A stretch of 64,000 nucleotides of DNA. It comes from Bacillota bacterium. Its GTDB lineage: Bacteria; Planctomycetota; UBA8108; UBA1146. Where the stretch lies: assembly GCA_003973385.1 (NCBI GenBank), contig QNYK01000062.1:81763-145762 (forward strand), written 5' to 3'. The notes below the pieces were generated by a model. That model was not told the origin of the DNA. It worked only from the letters and a program-made list of their open reading frames with translations, and did no database searches. The position numbers and the translations under genes are program-made. Below are positions 9,664 through 19,290 of the stretch, piece by piece. The first letter of the stretch is position 1, and each line of letters begins with the position of its first letter.

Positions 9664-9909
9664 ATGTACGATCAGCCCATCGTTGAACGTAAAGATTCAA
9701 GCCCCCTGGCGACCAGTTTGCTGGCCATCTCGGTGGTTTGCCTGATCGTGGCCTCGACGCTTCTGGGCATGCGCCTCAAGGAGTTGACCTACAAGGGCAA
9801 TTCTCCGACCACCAGTGCCAAGAAGTGGGAAGACGATGGTCTCCGCAGGGTCACCCAGGACGCCAAGAAACTGTTCGCTGACGTCGATATCGACATCGAC
9901 GAGGGATAG
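9664..9909 (+). CDS. Small single-pass membrane protein (hypothetical)
   Basis: 81-aa ORF 12 nt after the preceding stop. Central TM segment LLAISVVCLIVASTLLG. Followed by a terminator-like hairpin. Confidence 0.4.
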   Translation: MYDQPIVERKDSSPLATSLLAISVVCLIVASTLLGMRLKELTYKGNSPTTSAKKWEDDGLRRVTQDAKKLFADVDIDIDEG

Positions 9910-9947
9910 ATAGCAGCGACAGCTGTTTTGCGAGCACCGATCGGATT

Positions 9948-9990
9948 GGAGCCTGCTTCCCGATGAGGGAGGCAGGCTCCTGTCATTTCT
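9948..9990 (+). terminator. Rho-independent terminator-like hairpin after the 8800-9909 gene pair
   Basis: Inverted repeat GGAGCCTGCTTCCC-gatga-GGGAGGCAGGCTCC (one G-U) followed by TGTCATTTCT. Confidence 0.5.
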
Positions 9991-10238
9991 GGCTGCCCTC
10001 TTCAGCGCGAGGTTCTTTTTCTACGGCCCCTCGCCTCTGCGTGATTCCTCACCTAGAATCCAGGACGCAGCGATGAGGTGCTTTCGTCCTCGGTGCAATA
10101 CCGCGGGAGACTTGTCAGAGATGATGGGTCCAACAGGTTGCGAAAGCCCTAAGTGGGAATGAGGGCATCCGCCCTCGGGGATCCGATCGAAAGGGTAGTG
10201 TCACAACACTGCTTCTGGTCGGGCGGGGAGTACCTATC

Positions 10239-11312
10239 TTGCTTTTCCGAATAGCACACAACTGGATCAATTCCGTGGTTGGTAGGTTCTCCACCGATCT
10301 TGGAATCGATCTGGGCACGGCGAATACTATCGTCTGTGTCAGGGGTAAAGGCATCGTGATCAGCGAGCCGTCGGTAGTTGCGGTGAAAGCTGGCACCAAC
10401 CAGGTTCTCCTCAATGGTCGAGCCGTCGGTAGTGTCGCGAAGGAAATGATGGGCAGAACCCCCGCTTCCATCGAGGCCATACGTCCCCTCAGAGACGGCG
10501 TGATCGCCGATTTCGAGATCACTGAAGCGATGTTGAAGTACTTCATCACCAAGGTCCAGAACCGATCTCGCTTCTTCAGCCCCCGGGTGGTCATCGCTGT
10601 TCCCAGCGGCATCACTGCAGTCGAGAAACGTGCGGTTTACAATTCTGCCGAACGGGCTGGAGCCAGAAAGGTCTACCTGGTCGAAGAGCCTCGCGCAGCA
10701 GGACTCGGTGCAGGACTTCCCATCGAGGAGCCCATCGCCAGCATGGTGGTCGATGTTGGCGGAGGAACCACCGAGATCGCGGTACTGTCGCTGGCAGATG
10801 TCGTGACCAGTGTCTCATTACGTGTCGCCGGAGACGAAATGGATGAAGCGATCATCAAGTACATGAAGGACACCTATAACATCCTGGTCGGCCCTCTCAC
10901 CGCAGAACAGATCAAGATCAAGATCGGTTCCGCATATCAACTCGAAGACGAACTCGAGATGGAGGTCAAGGGGCGCGATCTGATCGGAAACTTGCCGCGA
11001 AGTGCCCGGATCACGAGTGAAGAGATCAGAGAAGCACTTCAGCCACCCATCGAGACGATTGTCGAGGGCATCAAGGCGACGCTGGAGCAGACCGAGCCGG
11101 AGCTTTGTTCAGATCTGGTCGAGCGCGGCATCGTTCTCTGTGGCGGAGGAGTGCTGCTGAGAGGTCTCGATGAGTTGATCCGGAAGGCCACAGGATTGCC
11201 TGTTCGAGTGGCCGACGATCCCCTCACCTGTGTGGCTCGCGGGACTGCGATTTTCCTTGAAAATCTGGATCAATATTCTTCGGTCCTCGACTCCATCGAG
11301 GACGATTTCTAG
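10239..11312 (+). CDS. mreB: Rod shape-determining actin homologue MreB
   Basis: Near-colinear with E. coli MreB: [78 protein letters not shown]. Confidence 0.9.
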   Translation: MLFRIAHNWINSVVGRFSTDLGIDLGTANTIVCVRGKGIVISEPSVVAVKAGTNQVLLNGRAVGSVAKEMMGRTPASIEAIRPLRDGVIADFEITEAMLKYFITKVQNRSRFFSPRVVIAVPSGITAVEKRAVYNSAERAGARKVYLVEEPRAAGLGAGLPIEEPIASMVVDVGGGTTEIAVLSLADVVTSVSLRVAGDEMDEAIIKYMKDTYNILVGPLTAEQIKIKIGSAYQLEDELEMEVKGRDLIGNLPRSARITSEEIREALQPPIETIVEGIKATLEQTEPELCSDLVERGIVLCGGGVLLRGLDELIRKATGLPVRVADDPLTCVARGTAIFLENLDQYSSVLDSIEDDF

Positions 11313-11344
11313 GGTCCATTTCGTCCGATTCGAACGGGAGTCAT

Positions 11345-12055
11345 GTGAAGCGCACCCAGAGCGCTTACTGGGCGATCTGTTGCTGGTTGGTCCTGGCCCT
11401 GCTGGGCTACGGGCTTCAGCCGCTCGTTTCTTCATCTCGGGGAGATGCAGACCGACAGATTCTTCTGGAACAGGCGCTACAGCACTCCTTACTGCTGGAA
11501 TCTGAAAATTCGGCGCTCTTCGACCGGCAGCGACTTCTGGATCGATATCTCTCGGCCAGTTTCGCTGGCTCCAGTTTCCTGCTGATTCCTGCCCGCATGA
11601 CTCCATTACTGGACCCGGCGCCCAGAAGGTCCTCAGCCAGGCTCGATCGAGGTTCCGAGGATGGTCTAGAGATTGGAATGGGAGTGATCGGTGCCTCCGG
11701 TGTGGTGGGAAAGATCGCCGCAGTCGGTCAAGGCTGGAGTCGGGTACAGCTCGCTGACGACCCGGCGTTCGTGATTCCTTTCATCGACGATTCCGGTCAT
11801 GCGGGAATCTTCGCTGGCGGCCCCGAGGCGGGCTATGGACAGCCGCGTCTCAGGATCGATCCGATTCAGATCAAGGATGCACTGGTGCTTCGTACCCACG
11901 GCGGAGGAGGCGCATTCCCCGAGGGACTGATCCTGGGGATCGTTGCCGATGCGCGAATCCCTGTCAGTGATTCCAGGATCCTGCTGTCCCGGGCACTTCA
12001 TACCAGCCAGGAGATTCTGGTGCTGTCTCCCATCCTGAATGCGAGCCATCGATGA
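11345..12055 (+). CDS. mreC: Rod shape-determining protein MreC
   Basis: Position immediately after mreB. N-terminal TM. C-terminal beta domain with MreC-like G-rich motifs (GMGVIGASGVVGKI..; GLILGIV). GTG start. Confidence 0.7.
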   Translation: MKRTQSAYWAICCWLVLALLGYGLQPLVSSSRGDADRQILLEQALQHSLLLESENSALFDRQRLLDRYLSASFAGSSFLLIPARMTPLLDPAPRRSSARLDRGSEDGLEIGMGVIGASGVVGKIAAVGQGWSRVQLADDPAFVIPFIDDSGHAGIFAGGPEAGYGQPRLRIDPIQIKDALVLRTHGGGGAFPEGLILGIVADARIPVSDSRILLSRALHTSQEILVLSPILNASHR

Positions 12056-12531
12056 GAGTCGGCTGGCTGATCACCCTGACCCTGCTGTCGATGCTGACCG
12101 TGGAAGCCTACCGCCCTCTCGTTGTCTACTCGGGGGGCATTGCAGATCCGGCACTGATATTTCTGGCCTGGTTGGCGTTGATCGATCGGTGGCCACGAAT
12201 CCTGCTGGTCGCCACGATGATCTGTCTCTACAGATCCATCGGTGGTATTTCCAGCGTCATCGAACTGGTTGGCCCCGTGGCGGCACTGATCATTTCGGTT
12301 CGCTGGTTTCGGCTGGTGCTCGATCCCTATCACCCCTGGAAGAGGTTTCAGATTCTGATTCCTGCACTGCTGATCGCCTTCGTCGTTCAGGAATGGCTGC
12401 TGGCCGGAGTCGTTCCAGGTCTGTTCTTCGTGGTGAATGGCTGCTGGCTCTCGGTCCTGGTTGCTGCGTTGCTGTTTCCAGTACTGGATCTGGTGACCCC
12501 CTTGCTCAGGAGTGCCAGATACCCGCTTTGA
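12052..12531 (+). CDS. mreD: Rod shape-determining protein MreD (polytopic membrane protein)
   Basis: 4-nt ATGA overlap with mreC. About 160 aa, multiple TM helices, in the canonical mreBCD position. Confidence 0.55.
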   Translation: MRVGWLITLTLLSMLTVEAYRPLVVYSGGIADPALIFLAWLALIDRWPRILLVATMICLYRSIGGISSVIELVGPVAALIISVRWFRLVLDPYHPWKRFQILIPALLIAFVVQEWLLAGVVPGLFFVVNGCWLSVLVAALLFPVLDLVTPLLRSARYPL

Positions 12532-12543
12532 GTAGCTTGTTCG

Positions 12544-14679
12544 GTGAGGTGGGACCGCTTCGGTCCGGAGAGGTATAGGATGCAACGTCCGAGGATCCTG
12601 ACAGTGGCGGTATTGCTGATCCTGATGACGGTCGGGATCGGCTGGCGACTGGTTCAGTTGCAAGGCGTGGAGTGGCGCGATCATGCCCTTCGTGCCTCCA
12701 GTATTCACCGCTCCATCCGTTATTCGGCGGCTCCGCGGGGACAGATCGTGGATGCCTTCGGCGTTTCGCTGGCGAGGGACACCCCGGTGATTCGGGCCAC
12801 CTTCCTGCTTTCTGAACTGGAACCTGTTCGCTGGGTCGCTCGTCGCCTGGCTCCCATCCTTCGCGGCAGTGACCAGGCCTTCCCCTGGGATGAGATGCAA
12901 CTGTGGACATCGCTTCAGATGGCCAGAGCCCGGTTGCGGCCCCAGTTCGGATCCGGAACCGATCTCCCCCGGCATCCCTGGTTGAGCCGGCTGGATCTGG
13001 TTTCCGGAAGCAAGGTCGCGAGAGCAGTGGACAGCAGGCCAGAGGACTTTCCCGGCATCTCTGCGGTGAGATCCGGCGATGAATTCACGGTTTACTTCGA
13101 TCCTGATGTTCTCTTTGCAGGTGAGATTGCCATCCGTCGGATGGAGCAGGAACTGGCACTGGAACCCGGTCATCTGTGGGCGCGGGTCGAGGAGGCCTAT
13201 CAACGAGTTCAGGATTCCTCCATCGATATCCAGGAGCGAGAGTGGATCTTCAGACGCCAGCTTCACCCCCTTCATGAGAAGATCCCCGCACAACTGGTCG
13301 TCGAGATCAGTACCGACCCACAACGGTGGCCCGGAATACACCTGGAGGAAGCTCACGATCGTGAGCATCCCCAGGATCCGTTTCTGGGCCAGCTACTGGG
13401 ACACACGGGATTGCCCACCGCTGACATCGTCAAGGGTTGGAAATCGCGCCAGGAGCCCGTCATCGACCGACTGGTCCTGCGTGATCTACGGGTCTTCGAG
13501 GCGCTGCGCCCCTTCTCCCACCACAGTGCCGATCGAGTCGGTCGCAGTGGTCTGGAGTCGGTACTGGAAGATCGACTGAGCGGTATTCCAGGCGCCGAGG
13601 TGCGGATCCTGGATCACCTGCGACGAAAGGTGGGTGCGCCCCTGGATGTCGCTCAGCCGATCGCCGGCAAGGATGTCGTGCTGGCCCTGGATGTCGAGTT
13701 GAGCCGCTGGTGTGCGCAGACGTTGATGTCGAGGCAGGTCGAACTGGGAGCGGTCGTGGTTCTGGATGTCTCCGACGGCAGCGCGATCGGCTGGGCTTCG
13801 CTGCCACAGCAGGGCATGGAGGTCTATCGAGATCGAGATCTGTACCGGAGCAGATCCGAGTCTCCTGACGGTTGGTTCCATGACCGCGTCAGTGGCTGGG
13901 CCATCGATCCCGGATCGACATTCAAGACGGTCGTCGCACTGACTGCCTTGCAAGCTGGCGTCGTCGATGCCGAGGAAATCATCGTCTGTGAAGGTCTTCT
14001 CGATCCGCGGAGTCCCGGCCGCAATCGCTGTGGAAACCACCCGTATGGACTCGAACTGAACATGACCAGTGCACTTTCTCGGTCTTGCAATGTCTATTTC
14101 TACACGATGGGACAGAGACTGGGACTCGAGGCCATTGTCGACGGAGCGGTTCAACTGGGTCTGTGGAGCGGCAGCGGTTGTTCCATCCCATCGGAATCGG
14201 TCGGGATTCGCCCCACAACAAATCCAGTAGGGACAGCGATCGGTCGGGGCTTCACCACAACTCCTCTCCAGATGGCTCGAGTGGCGCTGTCGATCGCGAG
14301 CCGCGGGGAAACTCCCGGAATCCAGTTGATCGCTGGAGAATCAGGCACTGCGCTGCATCCTTCCTTCGATATCAGACATTATGAAACCGTGATCGATGGC
14401 ATGGTTTCAGCAGTCCGTGACAGAGGAGGTACTGCGTCTCGCAGCAGCTATCGCCTCTCCGGGTTCGATCTTGCAGTGAAGACGGGAACCGCCCAGATTC
14501 CCGGCACTCAATCCTACAATGCCTGGCTCATAGGATTTTCACCTGTGGTCGATCCACAGATTGCCTTTGCCATCTCCGCCCAGGGAGTTCCATTGCACGG
14601 TGGCGAGGCTTGCGCACCGATGCTCGCCGACATCCTCCAGTGGCTCGAACAACACCGTGGTCTGGAACTTCGTCGATGA
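12544..14679 (+). CDS. mrdA: Penicillin-binding protein 2 (elongasome transpeptidase)
   Basis: N-terminal TM. Transpeptidase motifs SxxK (GSTFKTV), SxN (SRSCN), KTG (KTGTA). Follows mreD. The start may be the downstream Met (MQRPRIL). Confidence 0.85.
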   Translation: MRWDRFGPERYRMQRPRILTVAVLLILMTVGIGWRLVQLQGVEWRDHALRASSIHRSIRYSAAPRGQIVDAFGVSLARDTPVIRATFLLSELEPVRWVARRLAPILRGSDQAFPWDEMQLWTSLQMARARLRPQFGSGTDLPRHPWLSRLDLVSGSKVARAVDSRPEDFPGISAVRSGDEFTVYFDPDVLFAGEIAIRRMEQELALEPGHLWARVEEAYQRVQDSSIDIQEREWIFRRQLHPLHEKIPAQLVVEISTDPQRWPGIHLEEAHDREHPQDPFLGQLLGHTGLPTADIVKGWKSRQEPVIDRLVLRDLRVFEALRPFSHHSADRVGRSGLESVLEDRLSGIPGAEVRILDHLRRKVGAPLDVAQPIAGKDVVLALDVELSRWCAQTLMSRQVELGAVVVLDVSDGSAIGWASLPQQGMEVYRDRDLYRSRSESPDGWFHDRVSGWAIDPGSTFKTVVALTALQAGVVDAEEIIVCEGLLDPRSPGRNRCGNHPYGLELNMTSALSRSCNVYFYTMGQRLGLEAIVDGAVQLGLWSGSGCSIPSESVGIRPTTNPVGTAIGRGFTTTPLQMARVALSIASRGETPGIQLIAGESGTALHPSFDIRHYETVIDGMVSAVRDRGGTASRSSYRLSGFDLAVKTGTAQIPGTQSYNAWLIGFSPVVDPQIAFAISAQGVPLHGGEACAPMLADILQWLEQHRGLELRR

Positions 14680-15884
14680 TCCCGGAGGTTGGAAACTGGT
14701 TTCGGGACTGGAGGTCTGGCTGGGCCGGCCCGGCAACCTTGCTCGTGCTGGCGAGTCTGTGGCTCTTGCTGATCGGCACCATCTTCGTCTACAGCGCGGC
14801 GGATGGTCCAGAGGGAGGCTTCCCGGGCGCCTACGCGGCAAGTCACATGAAAAAGATACTGGTGGGAATCATCGGTTTGCTGTTCGTCTCGATGATTCCA
14901 CCGAAACGAATCGAGAGTTTCTCGGTGCTCTTTTACGGCGGAACCCTGGTCCTGCTGATACTGCTGCTGGTGTGGAAAGGGTTCGAAGGAGGTGTCGTTC
15001 GCTGGATACGCATCGGAGGCTTTGGATTGCAGCCATCGGAACTGGCCAAGATCTCCACCGTGATGGTGATCGCAACTGCCCTGAGACCGGGCAAAAAACT
15101 GCAACGATGGAGCGATCTCACCAAACTGACCCTGGTGGCGGTCATTCCTTTTGTCCTGATCGCTTCTCAACCCGACCTGAGTACCGCGCTGATACTGGTT
15201 CCTACTGTAGCTGCGATGATCTGGGTTGCCGGAGTCGAATGGAAGAAGATGGCAACGCTCAGCATGATCTTGATTGTGCTCGCTGGTTTGTCATGGCCGA
15301 CGATGCCCAACTACCAGCAACAACGCATCATCTCATATCTTGGAATCGGTTCCGTGGATCAGGATTTTGCAGGTGGTTACCAGGTCACACAATCGATCAT
15401 CGCCATGGGAAGCGGTGGTCCGACGGGAAAGGGATTGCATCTGGGGAGCCACCACGATCTCGGATACTTGCCGGAAGATCATAATGATTTCATCTTCTCG
15501 GTGATCGGAGAGGAATGGGGATTGGTGGGGACCATCTCGGTGCTGATCGGGACACTCGTACTGGTCCTGACAATGCTGGGAGTCGCATGGAGTTGTCGCG
15601 ACCCCTTCGGGAGACTGGTCTCCGTCGGACTTGCAGCGCAGATCGGCTGCCAGGCTTCCATCAACCAGGCGGTGACGGTGGGTCTGGTCCCCGTCACCGG
15701 ACTACCACTCCCCCTCATCTCCTACGGCGGGACCTCGATCGTCACGACACTGCTGGCGATCGGAATCGTCATCTCCATCGCGCGCAAACCGATAGAGGTC
15801 GTGCATCCCGATGGGCTGCAAAAGGGCGTATCTCCCGTACAACACCGACCGATTCGAGCCCGGGTATCGAAGCAACAGGCCTGA
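14676..15884 (+). CDS. rodA: Peptidoglycan glycosyltransferase RodA (SEDS family)
   Basis: ATGA start/stop overlap with mrdA at 14676-14679. About 10 TM helices. SEDS-like loops (GGFGLQPSELAKI; SYGGTSIV). Confidence 0.85.
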   Translation: MIPEVGNWFRDWRSGWAGPATLLVLASLWLLLIGTIFVYSAADGPEGGFPGAYAASHMKKILVGIIGLLFVSMIPPKRIESFSVLFYGGTLVLLILLLVWKGFEGGVVRWIRIGGFGLQPSELAKISTVMVIATALRPGKKLQRWSDLTKLTLVAVIPFVLIASQPDLSTALILVPTVAAMIWVAGVEWKKMATLSMILIVLAGLSWPTMPNYQQQRIISYLGIGSVDQDFAGGYQVTQSIIAMGSGGPTGKGLHLGSHHDLGYLPEDHNDFIFSVIGEEWGLVGTISVLIGTLVLVLTMLGVAWSCRDPFGRLVSVGLAAQIGCQASINQAVTVGLVPVTGLPLPLISYGGTSIVTTLLAIGIVISIARKPIEVVHPDGLQKGVSPVQHRPIRARVSKQQA

Positions 15885-15903
15885 TTCCCGAGCGGTGATC
15901 GTG

Positions 15904-15949
15904 AAAAAACGGATGAAAAAAAGAGGCGCCATCGGGGAAATGGCGCCCC
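15904..15949 (-). terminator. Intrinsic terminator-like hairpin, read on the minus strand; possibly bidirectional
   Basis: Perfect 8-bp stem GGCGCCAT-cggggaa-ATGGCGCC flanked on the plus strand by an A-run (a T-run on the minus strand), located just after the rodA stop. Confidence 0.5.
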
Positions 15950-16363
15950 CTCGGAAAGAAATGAAGCAAGGAAGGCAGCAATGCTGCCCCGGGGAGGAAC
16001 ACCCGACCTTTGCAGGCGGGTGGCCTTGCGCGAGAGGTCTCCGTAAAGAGTGATCTCTCCAGCTCCCCTGTCCCAAAGAGCCCACCCACAGAGAGCATTG
16101 TTCGTGCCAATCGAAGCACATCCCCTCGCCGCCACACCAAGATGGTTCTGAGAAAGGGGTTATGACGATCATGCACAAGCATGATCCTGTCAGTGGGAGA
16201 ACGGGTGTGATCAGATTCTGGCCAGCTTCTCAGGCCAGTACTGCCGGCTGATCTCTAAAGTTAAAATCAGCACGGGATTACGACTGTGGATGGAAGTTGA
16301 CCACTGGATTCAGATCCACGGCAATTGTGGATAGAATTCACCCGCTTCACTTCCTCGACGCGT

Positions 16364-16741
16364 TCAGTCCAGCACAGGGGGCAGGGGTCGGATCCAGCCA
16401 AGGGTTTCGCCGGCACCGATGGGATCCCCCGCTTCGGACCAGTGCACCAGCAAGGTCCCTGCCACCGGCGAGGTCACTGCGTGGAGGTGGTCCCCGAGAG
16501 CCACCAGCAGCAGTTCCTGCCCCTCCTCGACCGGATCTCCTGCCCTGACGCGCCACTGCATCAGGGTCGCCTCGGTCACCCCCTCCGGGGGACCCTGAGA
16601 AGCATTTCCAGCGGGGCAGGCGGGCGATGACGGGCTCTGGATGAGGGGTTGAGATTCCCGAGGGGCCTCCCGCACCGTCGGTGCGGAGGCGGGTCGAGTC
16701 CCCTCAGGAAATTGGATCGCGATTGCGCCTGGCTCCACCAC
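16364..16741 (-). CDS. Small biotin/lipoyl-attachment-like domain protein (hypothetical; lacks the usual modified Lys context)
   Basis: C-terminal half ATLMQWRVRAGDPVEEGQELLLVA...VTSPVAGTL resembles a hybrid-barrel lipoyl/biotinyl domain. Several alternative ORFs overlap it. Low confidence. Confidence 0.3.
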   Translation of the reverse strand: MVEPGAIAIQFPEGTRPASAPTVREAPRESQPLIQSPSSPACPAGNASQGPPEGVTEATLMQWRVRAGDPVEEGQELLLVALGDHLHAVTSPVAGTLLVHWSEAGDPIGAGETLGWIRPLPPVLD

Positions 16742-16865
16742 CTGGGTGTGCTCCCCTCGCAGTTACCCTCGAACACACGGCCACCACTGGACAGTCCCAG
16801 GTGCTACAGCAGGATTCTGGGCCGCAGAATCCATCGAGTTCACAGGCTACAGGCAAACCCGGGCT

Positions 16866-18185
16866 TCAGGGGCAGGCGTCAAACTGGTCACAGGTGAGGT
16901 CGTCCTCGGTGGGATCGATTCCACATTCGTCAAACGGCGCAGCGGGAGGCGCACCACCCGAGAACATGTAGCTCAGCAGCAAGACAGGATCTCCCAGAAC
17001 GATGCTGCCACTGTCATCGATGTCACCATTCTTCTCGCAAGCGGAGGCCGTTCCACCGCTGAACATGTAATCGAGCAGGTTCACCGGATCGCCCAGATTG
17101 AGAGTTCCGTTGCCGTCAAAATCACCTCGCGTGAACTGGACGCCAAAAACTCCCTCGAGAATCTCGATCCCGGTGCCCGATGTCTGAACAACACCGGAGG
17201 TCGAACCGATCGAAACCACGATGGCTGTCGGAGGTGAAGGAGATTGCGGGATCAAGGTATCGGTAAAATCAAGGGTGGTGATGCCGAGCGGCGCCGTGGC
17301 GACCGCCTGATAGTGGCTGATGATCAACTCCTGGCCATTTCCAGCGGGGAGTGTCGTCAGATCGGAGAGCGAGTAGAGACAACCGACGACCAGGCCATCT
17401 GCCCCCACCGGATCGATATCCATGGTCAAGAATGCCGGTCCGTTACCGCCGTTGAGAGCAGTGAGGGCGGCCCCGGCATCCGCAGCCAGCAGCGTCAATG
17501 CAGCGCCAGAATGGGCGAAACCGAAGGAGAAACCGTAGTTCTCAACCGGCGCATCCAGCAGGATCTGGACGTCAACGTCGCCACCCTGCTCGACACTACT
17601 CGCAGAGGGCGAGGCACTCAATTCGAAGGGCAGTATTCCACCGATCTCGATGAGCCCATCGATGGTGGTCGGTTCGATGGCGATACCACCAGGCGCCACT
17701 GCGAGATTTTCGGAATTGGAAGAATCTCCCGGAAAAACTTCGGTGCAGTATTCGATGGCTGCAAAGGTATCGTCCGGGCCCAGCAACTGCGCTTGCATCA
17801 CGATCGCTTCATGGTCAGTGTCGATCGGCAAATCATTGAGTCCAACAAAGTTGATCACGACACCCTGTCTGACTCCGAATCCGGGAAACAGGCTCAGTTC
17901 AGCGAAATCAGCGGGTCCCCCAGCATTGGATGTGTTGGGTGCAGATCCATTGACCGCCTCGACCACTTCCATGCTGGAATCGTAACAGATGGCGATGGAC
18001 CAGCCCGCAAGAACCCCGCCGTTGTTATCGATCAACGATCGGGTGGTGACAACGGCGCCGGAAGGCCCGGAACTGCTGGTATCAAAGTGAAAGATGTAAT
18101 CAGGGTTCTGTGCTGCGATCGGGCTGGAGATGACCATCAGCAACAGAAGGCCGATGAGGTGCAACGGGATACGAAGGTGAACCAT
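16866..18185 (-). CDS. Secreted protein with cohesin-like N-terminal region(s) and a C-terminal type-I dockerin pair plus Cys tail
   Basis: Signal peptide MVHLRIPLHLIGLLLLMVISSPIAAQ (start chosen at this Met). Dockerin repeats RGDFDGNGTLNLGDPVNLLDYMF and KNGDIDDSGSIVLGDPVLLLSYMF. Tail PFDECG..C..C. Gly/Ala-rich beta-like middle region. Confidence 0.65.
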   Translation of the reverse strand: MVHLRIPLHLIGLLLLMVISSPIAAQNPDYIFHFDTSSSGPSGAVVTTRSLIDNNGGVLAGWSIAICYDSSMEVVEAVNGSAPNTSNAGGPADFAELSLFPGFGVRQGVVINFVGLNDLPIDTDHEAIVMQAQLLGPDDTFAAIEYCTEVFPGDSSNSENLAVAPGGIAIEPTTIDGLIEIGGILPFELSASPSASSVEQGGDVDVQILLDAPVENYGFSFGFAHSGAALTLLAADAGAALTALNGGNGPAFLTMDIDPVGADGLVVGCLYSLSDLTTLPAGNGQELIISHYQAVATAPLGITTLDFTDTLIPQSPSPPTAIVVSIGSTSGVVQTSGTGIEILEGVFGVQFTRGDFDGNGTLNLGDPVNLLDYMFSGGTASACEKNGDIDDSGSIVLGDPVLLLSYMFSGGAPPAAPFDECGIDPTEDDLTCDQFDACP

Positions 18186-18586
18186 GAATTGACTCCTGTT
18201 CGGGCGAGCACGTTGGAGGCGGTGATCGAACCGTAGTTCGAGCCCGAGGATGGCTCCGGGACCGATTATAGGCCCGTTCGGTGGCAATCTACCCGGTTTC
18301 GGGAATCACCGCACCCTCGCACTGACCACCGTTCCAGCGCAGAATCATGGTCAGATCGACCTATTGTAGCACTCGAACCCACTTTTCGGCACCCCTCCCC
18401 TGGCACCAGAAATGTCAATTGCTGCCGAATGTCCAGATCAGGGACACCCGGGCCGCATTCGGTACCGAGGTCGAGACCCGGACGCTGCCGCACCCCCACC
18501 ACAACCTCGATCCCCTGCGGGCACGGCGTTTGCCTCCCCTCCACCAGCACTGCGGTACTCCCGCGGCAGACGCAGAAAGGACCGAG

Positions 18587-19288
18587 ATGACTCTTGAAGC
18601 CAGCGACAGCCCCCTGCCGCTTCCAGTCAGTTCCGTTCATGAACTGCAAGATCTTCAGAAGAAGGGCATCAGCAAGATGCGGGTCGTCTCGGCGAGCCAG
18701 TTACGGAACTCGGCCAGGATTGCGCTCGCGCAGGCCCTCAACGAGATGCTCGGAGAGATTCAGATCTGCGGCGAGGAACGCCAGTTGATCCTGGATCGTG
18801 CGCAGAGCCACCTGATGCCGTCCAACCCCGGCACCGATTCGATTCCAGTGGAGACCCCTGAAGTGGCACCCGCATCGAAGCCAGTGCCCCGGGCAGATGA
18901 AACGAAAGAAGCGCAGCAGTCACAGCCTCCAGCATCTGCCTCCAAGGGCCCACTCGGAGAGAGAGAAAAGGCGCTGCTCGTCCAGCTCTCGCGGCTCATC
19001 GCACGCGATTGGAGAACGGAACTGGCGACGGTGAGGGATTCACAACGCACCCAGGTCGAAAGGCTCGAGATGAGGATTGAAGAATTGACGCTTGCTCTGC
19101 ACGCGACCGATCACGCACTCGCCGGCGAGGACAAGAAATGCACCGCCGAACTGGAAGTGAAATCCCCGTTTGATCACAAGAAATCAGAACTCCTGGACCA
19201 ATTATTCCAGGCAAATGTGGCTCTCCGCTCCCTTGCGGATGAAACAGCACCTGGAGAAACAGGATCCCAGGACCGAGAAGGAAGGTAG
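18587..19288 (+). CDS. Hypothetical partner protein of the actin-like ATPase (helical N-domain, Pro/Glu/Ala/Ser-rich linker, C-terminal coiled coil)
   Basis: The stop is 3 nt before the start of the downstream MamK-like gene. Linker PVETPEVAPASKPVPRADETKEAQQSQPPASASKGP. C-terminal heptad-like RTQVERLEMRIEELTLALHA. Start chosen at the Met at 18587; an upstream in-frame ORF extension exists. Confidence 0.5.
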   Translation: MTLEASDSPLPLPVSSVHELQDLQKKGISKMRVVSASQLRNSARIALAQALNEMLGEIQICGEERQLILDRAQSHLMPSNPGTDSIPVETPEVAPASKPVPRADETKEAQQSQPPASASKGPLGEREKALLVQLSRLIARDWRTELATVRDSQRTQVERLEMRIEELTLALHATDHALAGEDKKCTAELEVKSPFDHKKSELLDQLFQANVALRSLADETAPGETGSQDREGR

Positions 19289-19290
19289 TC

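Noticed and set aside
11998-15170. Long antisense ORFs (11998..13368, 13486..14154, 14514..15170 on the minus strand; 14561..15484 plus-strand alternative frame) across mreD/mrdA/rodA
   Set aside because: The plus-strand frames carry unmistakable PBP2 (SxxK/SxN/KTG) and SEDS motifs. The other-frame products are Arg/Pro/Gln-rich nonsense typical of GC-rich frames.
17244-18236. 330-aa plus-strand ORF antisense to the dockerin protein gene at 16866..18185
   Set aside because: No motifs, Arg/Asp-rich composition. The minus-strand product has a signal peptide and a dockerin pair.
18347-18586. The 80-codon N-terminal extension of the MamK-partner ORF
   Set aside because: His/Pro/Arg-rich with no structure. 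It would place the start inside the divergent promoter region, so the Met at 18587 is preferred (still uncertain).
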